Shown one piece after another: positions 7,125-14,199 of a DNA stretch of 37,462 nt; positions within the stretch are counted from its first letter, which is position 1; each line of letters begins with the position of its first letter. The notes beneath the pieces were generated by a model. It was given only the letters and a program-made list of their open reading frames with translations, had not been told where the DNA came from and ran no database searches. Location of the stretch: the IMG/VR virus record IMGVR_UViG_2778261530_000007, one strand, 5' to 3'. This DNA is from a virus. Lineage: Duplodnaviria > Heunggongvirae > Uroviricota > Caudoviricetes. The position numbers and the translations under genes are program-made.

Positions 7125-9947
7125 ATGACGGCAGAGTACATCAGGGACTGGCAACAACCGCGCCACGCAGTGGGGCGTGAAGGAACGGGGATCCCCGCTC
7201 CTGAATCCGCGCTTTCCTCCTGGCTGGATGCCTACCGGGCAGAGAACGAGCGCCGCCAGGAAATGGCTGATGCGGCGTTCTCCGCCACGCCGCTGGGCAA
7301 CCTGATTAATAAAAACCTGGACGCACAGGAAAAACAGGACAAAACCATCACACTGGCAGGAGACGCCAGAAAACAGGCACGCGGCGCGGTGGATGAAGCC
7401 ATGGCCTCGCTGCGCCTGCTGCCGTCCTATCTGCGCGATCCGCTTATTCGCCACCTCTCCTTCCTGCGCAAAAAACAGGAAGCCGATCGCCGGAAAGGCA
7501 AAAAGAGCTGGCAGGCGGAACGCTATGCACGCGGAACCCTGCGCAAAATATTCGAACGTCTGGATCGCACTGACGGACACTGGCTGACACCGGGTTATCG
7601 CTCCCTTGCCGGACGCGAACGCCTGGACGATTTGCTTTACCTGCCGCAGCTCAACAAACACCAGATACAGACGCTGGCCACCATGACGGCGGCGATGTTC
7701 AGCAGCACCTTCGAAAAACTCTGCGATGGCTTTGGCGCGACCGATGGCGAACTGACCATGGATGTAACGCTGAAGGCGTATCAGATGCTGGCCCGCATGG
7801 CGTTACACCTGCACATCATGCCTCCACATTATGACGCACTGACAACAGATAAAGACCGGAGGAACGAACCGGACACGGAGCTGCTGCCGGGCGCAATCCT
7901 TCGCCTGACCTGTGCGGAATGGTGGAAACGCAAACTGTGGCTGTTACGTTGCGAGTGGAGAGAAGAACAACTCCGCGCCGCCTGTCTGGTTTCCAGAAAA
8001 ACATCACCCTATCTGAGCCAGGACGCGTTAAGCGAGTTTCGCGCACAGCGCGAGAAAACACGCGATTTCCTGAAAAGTTTCATGCTGGAAAACGAAGACG
8101 GGTTCACGATTGATCTCGAGACAGTGTATTACGCGGGAGTAAGTAACCCGGTTCACCGTAAGGCAGAAATGATGGCCACCATGAAGGGGCTGGAACTTCT
8201 GGCCGAAGCCCGTGGCGACAAAGCGGTGTTTCTGACTGTCACCTGCCCGTCAAAATACCACGCCACAACAGAGAACGGTCATCCGAATCCCAGATGGAAC
8301 GGGGCCACCATGCGCGACTCCAGCGATTACCTGGTTAACACGTTTTTTGCAGCGGTCCGCAAGAAACTGAACCGCGATGGCCTGCGCTGGTATGGCATCC
8401 GCACGGTGGAGCCTCACCATGACGGCACCGTGCACTGGCATATGATGGTCTTTGCTCATCCGGAAGAAATCGACAGCATTGTGGCCATCACCCGCGATAT
8501 TGCCATTCAGGAAGACCGCCACGAGCTGGGCGATGACATAACTCCGCGTTTTAAGGCGGAGTACGTAGACGGCTCAAAAGGCACACCAACCAGCTATATC
8601 GCGACCTACATCGGAAAAAACCTGGACAGCCGCGCCGTGGATGGCATCGACCCGAAAACGGGCAAGCCACGCGTTGACCACGAAACCGGAAAATCAATGG
8701 CAGAGAGCGTGGAACGCGCCATCGGCTGGGCGCGCCTTCACCGGGTCCGCCAGTTCCAGTTCTTTGGTATCCCCTCCCGTCAGGTGTGGCGTGAACTGCG
8801 TCGCCTTGCCAGCCAGATGGCACGCAACCCGGAAGGCCCGCAACGGCTGAAGGATGACGCAATGGACTCGGTTCTTGCTGCCGCTGATGCCGGATGTTTT
8901 GCCACCTACATAGAGAAACAGGGCGGCGTACTTGTTCCACGCAAAGACTACCTGATTCGCACCGCCTACGACCTCGCAGATGAGCTGAACGATTACGGCG
9001 AACAGAGCGTACAGATTTACGGGATCTGGTCACCACTCATCGGGGAATCCTCCCGTGTGTGCACGCATCCGGATAACTGGAAGCTGGTAAGACGTAAACC
9101 AGAACCGGAAGACAACGCCCACGAAAATGGTTTTGACCTTCAGGGCGGCCCTGCCGCCCCTTGGACTCGTGGCAATAACTGTCCCCGTGTACAGGAAACG
9201 GACAACAACGGGACAGAACAGCCGGAAGAACGGCCAGCACCGTGGCCGCAGCTCCCTGACGGCGTTGAAGTGAACGAATGGATGCGCTCACTGAAACGGC
9301 ACGAACGCCGGGCGCTGATGCGTTCGCTTCGTGACAAACAGGCAAAAAACAGCAGTGATGAAATGCAGAGCTGGACACAGAGCCGCAAACAGCAGCGGCC
9401 TTTGCCTGATAACCACGAATTACTCGCTAAAGAATGGCGGGAGTCTGCTGAATCTCTCGGCCTGCATATCGGTGAACAACAGATGCAGCACCTGTTACGG
9501 GGCGGCAGTCTGTACGTTGACGGCAGCATCATTGCACCGCAGGGATTTGAAATTGTACGCAAACCGGATACCCGCCCGGACAGCCGAATCACGCAGCTCT
9601 GGCAGCGCCTGAGCCGTAATCATGGCGTAAGCAGCACGGAGATCCGCCATAACCCGGTCGCCAGCTATCTGGCACAGCTGGGGGCATCAGACCCTGAAGC
9701 CGCCGCACGCCTGGCATCCACACTTCAGCAGGACCAGAACACCATGAAAACACCCGTTACCGTGCTTTCTGACATGCTGCGCGCCATCCGCGACGCAGAG
9801 CACGCACAGAGAATCAGTGAAACCACTGAACGCGCCAGCCGCAAAGCAGACCTGCTGCGGGGTGGCCTGACCAGTGGAAACAAAAAACAGACAGAAACGG
9901 GACTCACGAATCCCGTAAATGAGCAAAAAACGTGCCGCGATATATGA
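7125..9947 (+). CDS. A: Replication initiation endonuclease (P2 gpA family, rolling-circle nickase); 940 aa with a long C-terminal extension
   Basis: HUH-type metal motif (TVHWHMMVF) and paired-tyrosine active-site motif (YIATYIGKN); position after the early genes. Confidence 0.9.
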   Translation: MTAEYIRDWQQPRHAVGREGTGIPAPESALSSWLDAYRAENERRQEMADAAFSATPLGNLINKNLDAQEKQDKTITLAGDARKQARGAVDEAMASLRLLPSYLRDPLIRHLSFLRKKQEADRRKGKKSWQAERYARGTLRKIFERLDRTDGHWLTPGYRSLAGRERLDDLLYLPQLNKHQIQTLATMTAAMFSSTFEKLCDGFGATDGELTMDVTLKAYQMLARMALHLHIMPPHYDALTTDKDRRNEPDTELLPGAILRLTCAEWWKRKLWLLRCEWREEQLRAACLVSRKTSPYLSQDALSEFRAQREKTRDFLKSFMLENEDGFTIDLETVYYAGVSNPVHRKAEMMATMKGLELLAEARGDKAVFLTVTCPSKYHATTENGHPNPRWNGATMRDSSDYLVNTFFAAVRKKLNRDGLRWYGIRTVEPHHDGTVHWHMMVFAHPEEIDSIVAITRDIAIQEDRHELGDDITPRFKAEYVDGSKGTPTSYIATYIGKNLDSRAVDGIDPKTGKPRVDHETGKSMAESVERAIGWARLHRVRQFQFFGIPSRQVWRELRRLASQMARNPEGPQRLKDDAMDSVLAAADAGCFATYIEKQGGVLVPRKDYLIRTAYDLADELNDYGEQSVQIYGIWSPLIGESSRVCTHPDNWKLVRRKPEPEDNAHENGFDLQGGPAAPWTRGNNCPRVQETDNNGTEQPEERPAPWPQLPDGVEVNEWMRSLKRHERRALMRSLRDKQAKNSSDEMQSWTQSRKQQRPLPDNHELLAKEWRESAESLGLHIGEQQMQHLLRGGSLYVDGSIIAPQGFEIVRKPDTRPDSRITQLWQRLSRNHGVSSTEIRHNPVASYLAQLGASDPEAAARLASTLQQDQNTMKTPVTVLSDMLRAIRDAEHAQRISETTERASRKADLLRGGLTSGNKKQTETGLTNPVNEQKTCRDI

Positions 9948-9995
9948 AGCGCGCACAAAACAGGCAAAAGCGGGATTTAAAAATCCTGTAAACGA
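9899..9995. promoter_or_regulatory. Two copies of a 25-bp site CGGGA-N7-ATCC(C/T)G-TAAA(T/C)GA (9899..9923 and 9972..9996), each with an internal inverted repeat; candidate ParR-binding (parC-like) site or promoter operator for parM
   Basis: Read directly: CGGGACTCACGAATCCCGTAAATGA and CGGGATTTAAAAATCCTGTAAACGA, about 73 bp apart, immediately upstream of parM. Confidence 0.4.
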
Positions 9996-10023
9996 TTAAT
10001 TAATCAACATAAGGAAAAGCGAC

Positions 10024-10983
10024 ATGAAAATTTGTATCGACGACGGCTCCACCAACATCAAGCTGGCATGGACTGAGAACGGCGAACGCCGCAACGCCAT
10101 CAGCCCGAACAGCTTCAAGTCGGAATGGTCTGCGCCGTTCGGTGGCACGCAGCCCGCGAACTACATGCTTGATGGCGTGCGCTATGGTTTTGATCCGGTC
10201 AGCGATCGCTTTGTCCAGACGACCGACACGCAATACCAGTACAGCGATGTGAATGTCATTGCCATTCATCACGCGCTGGTCAAATCAGGCATCACGCCAC
10301 AGGAGGTGGATGTGGTTGTCACCCTGCCACTGAGCGAGTATTTCGACACAAACGCACAGCCGGACATAGCCAACATCAACCGCAAAAAAGCGAACGTTAT
10401 GCGCCCGGTGGAGTACCAGAACGGCGAAGCATTCACTATCCGTAACGTGCGGGTTATGCCTGAATCCATTCCGGCTGGCTTTAAGGCACTGGCTGACATG
10501 AGTCCGTTTGAATCCCTGCTGATTGTGGATTTGGGCGGAACCACGCTGGATGTGGCAAAGGTTCAGGGGCAACTGGCAGGTATCAGCCAGGTGTTTTGCG
10601 ATCCACACGTAGGCGTTTCTATGATGGCCGATGCCGTACTGTCGGTGATGGCCACTAACGGTATGCGCACCAGTCACCACATCGCCAATACCATTATCGA
10701 ACATCGCCATGATGAAGCCTGGCTGCGCCAGCACATCCACAATGACGCGCATTACGCCAGCCTGATGGCGGTTATTCGTGAAAAGGAAGAAACACTGAAA
10801 CAACGCGTGATCCGCGCACTGGCGGGTTTTTCGGGTTACGGGCGGGTGATGGTTGTCGGTGGCGGGGCGGAGATTGTGGCACCCGCTATCCGCGAAGCCT
10901 GCGGAGTTAATGCGACTTTCATCGCGGACGGGGTGCCACAGTTTGCTCTGGTTAATGGGCTGTACGCAATGGACAAGGAGTAA
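10024..10983 (+). CDS. parM: ParM/StbA-family actin-like segregation ATPase
   Basis: Strong similarity to plasmid R1 ParM as recalled (ICIDDGSTNIKLAW, ISPNSFK, YQYSDVNV, VMPESIPAG, DLGGTTLDV, GGGAEI, LVNGLY). Confidence 0.88.
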   Translation: MKICIDDGSTNIKLAWTENGERRNAISPNSFKSEWSAPFGGTQPANYMLDGVRYGFDPVSDRFVQTTDTQYQYSDVNVIAIHHALVKSGITPQEVDVVVTLPLSEYFDTNAQPDIANINRKKANVMRPVEYQNGEAFTIRNVRVMPESIPAGFKALADMSPFESLLIVDLGGTTLDVAKVQGQLAGISQVFCDPHVGVSMMADAVLSVMATNGMRTSHHIANTIIEHRHDEAWLRQHIHNDAHYASLMAVIREKEETLKQRVIRALAGFSGYGRVMVVGGGAEIVAPAIREACGVNATFIADGVPQFALVNGLYAMDKE

Positions 10984-10987
10984 ACCA

Positions 10988-11299
10988 ATGACGACACCAA
11001 CCAGACGGATAAGTTTCTATCTGAAGCCCGCCGCCGTCAAGAACGAAGGTGAAGCATGCGCCTGGCTGGACAGCCTTACACCAGAAGCGCGCAAAAGCGG
11101 CCAACGCGTGGCTTTTCTGGCCGGGCTGGCACTTCTGAAAATGAATCCGGCAGAGGCTTACCGACTGGCTGCATGGGCTGATGATGAAGCGTTATCAGTG
11201 ACACAAACCAGGACAGAACGCCCCGCGTCACAGCCAGTATCAACCGCACAGATAACCAGTCAGATGGCCGGAAATATCCGGGCGTTATTTCCCGAATAA
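10988..11299 (+). CDS. parR: ParR-like partition adaptor protein
   Basis: Immediately downstream of parM with AAGGAG RBS; motifs shared with R1 ParR as recalled (RRISFYLKP vs RRTIAFKLNP; FLAGLALL vs LTAGLALY; IRALFPE vs ILRSLFPKE). Confidence 0.7.
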   Translation: MTTPTRRISFYLKPAAVKNEGEACAWLDSLTPEARKSGQRVAFLAGLALLKMNPAEAYRLAAWADDEALSVTQTRTERPASQPVSTAQITSQMAGNIRALFPE

Positions 11300-11304
11300 C
11301 ACAA

Positions 11305-11328
11305 CATCAGGGCGCATCCGCCCTGATG
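11305..11328 (+). terminator. Perfect hairpin (10-bp stem CATCAGGGCG / CGCCCTGATG, 4-nt loop) between parR and the ZBD gene; terminator, attenuator or protein-binding palindrome
   Basis: Inverted repeat read from the sequence. Confidence 0.4.
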
Positions 11329-11362
11329 ACTTTAACCCGGGAACATAAACAAGGGGGACACA

Positions 11363-11698
11363 ATGCAACGCATTGACAGAGAAAAAGCGCAGCGACTGAT
11401 TGAGCGGATGGAAGCGCTGGCGAAAGAAGAAAATGTCAACATCCAAAAAATAGCTGAATGTGGCCAGATAGTTCTTCGTCGTGAAAAAGACCTCAAACAA
11501 CTGATGTCTGGCGAAACCAGCAAAACATGGACTTCAGGTGAGGAGACGATTTATTGCAGCTTCTGCAATAAATCCCAGTACGAAGTCACAAAGGTGATTG
11601 CCGGACCGTCTGTTTACATCTGCAATGAGTGCGTTGATTTGTGCAATGAAGTTATCAGGAGAGAAGTGACAGACCATGAAGAAAAAACGCATGAATGA
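11363..11698 (+). CDS. Small protein with a C-terminal ClpX-type C4 zinc-binding domain (ZBD) and a novel N-terminal helical region; lacks the AAA+ module
   Basis: C-terminus [39 protein letters not shown] closely matches the ClpX N-terminal zinc finger as recalled ([39 protein letters not shown]). Confidence 0.8.
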   Translation: MQRIDREKAQRLIERMEALAKEENVNIQKIAECGQIVLRREKDLKQLMSGETSKTWTSGEETIYCSFCNKSQYEVTKVIAGPSVYICNECVDLCNEVIRREVTDHEEKTHE

Positions 11699-11864
11699 CG
11701 AATTTGACGGCTTTTAATTTTATCGGGGCGCACTGTCGCCCTGCATGGAGAAAAACAATAAAAAAGATGAATAACTGCTCATGTCAGACGCGCTGCGGGC
11801 AAGTCTGGCACCCTGCCCTGTCTCCGCAAAGGCTGTTGTCTTAACACGACAGAGTATGCCAGCA

Positions 11865-12272
11865 TTAAATATAATCTTCTTCGTAGTCGCTGATTAATTC
11901 ATTGCCATAATCAGACAGCAATTTCAAAGCAAAGGTAACTTCCTCAAGGGTAGCTATCCCCATTGCTGAAAACACCGTTAATTTAACCAGCAGCAGGGAG
12001 TTTGAAAGTTCGGAAGAGTTCATCATTAAAAATATTGATGCAGCCTGAAAAGCTGTGCGTTTATTCCCATCATGAAAGGCATGAGCCTTGGCTATACCAA
12101 TCAAATACATAGCAGCCAGAGCATGAATATCATCAACCCCTTCATAGTAGTGTAGTGTCCTGACGCGATTTAAAGCACCTTCAAGTAGCCCGTCATTGGC
12201 ATTTCCGCTCTGGGGTAAAGTTTCAGCATGGATACGTTCTACTTGTTCTTTTGACAAAAACACTATGTCCAT
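11865..12272 (-). CDS. doc: Doc (death-on-curing) Fic-fold toxin
   Basis: Fic/Doc signature HAFHDGNKRTA; start overlaps the stop of the upstream antitoxin gene (TGATG). Confidence 0.85.
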   Translation of the reverse strand: MDIVFLSKEQVERIHAETLPQSGNANDGLLEGALNRVRTLHYYEGVDDIHALAAMYLIGIAKAHAFHDGNKRTAFQAASIFLMMNSSELSNSLLLVKLTVFSAMGIATLEEVTFALKLLSDYGNELISDYEEDYI

Positions 12273-12628
12273 CAGTTATCCTCAAGCTTTTTAATGATAT
12301 CCGCATGTTTTTCTCTTGTACGCTTCATTGCATCTTCAAAAGACAATCCTTTTTTTCTCTGTGCGACAAGAGCTGGATGACGTTTTTCCAGATCTCTCAC
12401 TGCATTTATTAAGAGTGGTTGCTTCATTTTGTTTATTTGATCCCGCAGTTTTTTGGTTTTGCCAAGGACAGCCCGTATTTCAGGACTAAGATCAGAACCA
12501 GCAAGAACAACATCCTTCCCTCCCTGCGCCGTGATAACGACACTGCCACCGGAAGAAAGGTAATCCAGAATTTCACTCAGGTTCTCACGAAATTCATCAT
12601 CAGTTACAGTTTTCATATTCATTTCCAT
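12272..12628 (-). CDS. phd: Putative Phd/YefM-type antitoxin with C-terminal extension, cognate to Doc
   Basis: Upstream of and translationally coupled to doc; N-terminal region resembles the Phd/YefM fold pattern (EFRENLSEILDYLSSGGSVVITAQGGKDVVL). Confidence 0.6.
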   Translation of the reverse strand: MEMNMKTVTDDEFRENLSEILDYLSSGGSVVITAQGGKDVVLAGSDLSPEIRAVLGKTKKLRDQINKMKQPLLINAVRDLEKRHPALVAQRKKGLSFEDAMKRTREKHADIIKKLEDN

Positions 12629-12702
12629 TATGCACGCCCATAACGTAAGTATAACGGCTTGTTGGGCAGTAATAACACCGCCATATTTTCATTTTATACA
12701 CC

Positions 12703-12799
12703 GCACAATAGTGCACAAATTTGCACAATTTTTTTGAACAACTTTTTACCCTTCCGGCCCGCGTGGCGACTGGATCCGTCAAGGATCCGTGCGTGCACA
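12703..12799. repeat. Direct repeats of TGCACAA at 10-bp phasing (12703..12728) with a further copy at 12793..12799, plus GGATCCGT-N3-GGATCCGT (12772..12790), in the non-coding region between phd and Q
   Basis: Read directly from the sequence; function unknown (operator, packaging or centromere-like site). Confidence 0.35.
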
Positions 12800-13103
12800 A
12801 AAAAACGCGCTTTTTCTGCGCGCAGGTGACGGGGGAACAGCCCGCGTTTCAGGGGGTAAATAGCATCCCCTGAACGATGTCGCAGCGACACAACAGAATG
12901 GCTGTATTTCTCACGCTGAGCGTGAAAAAGACGTGAGGGCTTTTGATTTGATGGGGTGAAAGGTAAGGCCGTCAAAATCGCACTGAGACGGCGAGAACAT
13001 GCAGTCAACGCGGTGGGATTGCGTAAGAGTCTGACTGTCGATGATGGCAATAAGCAGGAAAGCGTCGTGAAATTATCTGATTGATACAGGAGCTGGAGAG
13101 TCG

Positions 13104-13126
13104 GGGCATAAATTTTTTATGCCCCG
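13104..13126. other. Perfect 10-bp-stem hairpin GGGGCATAAA-TTT-TTTATGCCCC just downstream of Q on the minus strand
   Basis: Inverted repeat read from the sequence; may be the Q/P operon terminator or part of the packaging region. Confidence 0.35.
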
Positions 13127-13152
13127 GCGAAGCAGCAGACAAGCGAAGCGCG

Positions 13153-14199
13153 TCAGGATGTGGGCTGGGTGTCTAACAGTGCGTAAGGGTTAAAGCGGAT
13201 CACCTCTTCGCCAAGCCAGTCATTGATGTGCTTTATGGCCTCCATGACAGGCATCAGCTCGTTAATTGCGTAAACCCGCGCGGCCTTCTCCACATCGCCA
13301 AACGCACTTTTTTCGCCCGGCATCGCCCCCATCAGTTGCGGCGGAACGCGGTGCGCAGCCAGCACATCATCACGGGATGCCGCCTTAACATTCATGAACT
13401 CATCCTTTGCGGTGATCTGCTGGAACGGCAAAATTTGCACCCCCTCTTTGCCCCCGTTGGGCGCATGGATGAGCACGTTTTTAAACGCACCACCACCACG
13501 CGCACCCTGTAACGTTTCTTTCAGGGAGTCCATGCTTTCGCGGTTTACCTGCGCTGCACCGATGTAGATGATGCACCCGGCGTGGGATCCATTGTCGTAA
13601 TACAGTTTTCTGAACATGTCCGCCGAATGAGACAGGCTGGCCGAGAGTAATGCGCCAAGATATTCCGGCATGCCGTAAATTTCCTGGTTAATGTCCGGAT
13701 TCATCAGGTGGCACACTTTGCCAGGGCGAAACTGAAACGCGTCCTTGCCATCCTGCACATACCACCATGATTCAAGATCGCTTCCGCGTCGCATGTATTT
13801 CGCCAGTGCGTGCCGTAATTTAAGTGGTTCGCCGAGCATATTGCTCCGAAGCTCAAGGAATGCGTTACCGAACACAAACCAGTCCAGCGCCAGCGCCGAG
13901 AAATCCTGCCGGGAAAGCAGCGGGTGCGGGATGTAGCAACCGAGCAATACATTGCGCTTAAAGTAAAGCGCAGACTGATGCCAGGACGTTTGCCGGGCAG
14001 CTCTTGCCAGACCGTACCAGTCCACCGGGGTTTCATACCACCGCCCGTTATCAGCACAGTACATATTGTCCAGCAGGTCATGCCCGGTCAGGCGATAAGG
14101 ACCATCAAATGTGAATGCACTGAGCGATGATTCTTTCCTGAGCGCATCAGCGAGATCAATGCGTGAACTCATGCGCACTTTTTTATTTTTTCTGCTCAT
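13153..14199 (-). CDS. Q: Portal protein (P2 gpQ)
   Basis: Position and length match P2 Q; coupled to the terminase gene (stop/start overlap at 14199). Confidence 0.9.
   Translation of the reverse strand: MSRKNKKVRMSSRIDLADALRKESSLSAFTFDGPYRLTGHDLLDNMYCADNGRWYETPVDWYGLARAARQTSWHQSALYFKRNVLLGCYIPHPLLSRQDFSALALDWFVFGNAFLELRSNMLGEPLKLRHALAKYMRRGSDLESWWYVQDGKDAFQFRPGKVCHLMNPDINQEIYGMPEYLGALLSASLSHSADMFRKLYYDNGSHAGCIIYIGAAQVNRESMDSLKETLQGARGGGAFKNVLIHAPNGGKEGVQILPFQQITAKDEFMNVKAASRDDVLAAHRVPPQLMGAMPGEKSAFGDVEKAARVYAINELMPVMEAIKHINDWLGEEVIRFNPYALLDTQPTS

Noticed and set aside
6588-7661. 357-aa ORF on the minus strand
   Set aside because: Antisense to the gene at 6753..7118 and to the start of gene A; Cys/Arg-rich composition typical of a spurious frame opposite real genes
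8551-9592. Several 100-160-aa ORFs on the minus strand (8551..9036, 9037..9378, 9140..9592)
   Set aside because: All antisense within replication gene A; Arg/Cys/Ser-rich low-complexity translations
12800-13152. P2-type cos site
   Set aside because: Expected near the end of Q, but I could not find a convincing match to the P2 cohesive-end sequence from memory; left unassigned rather than guessed
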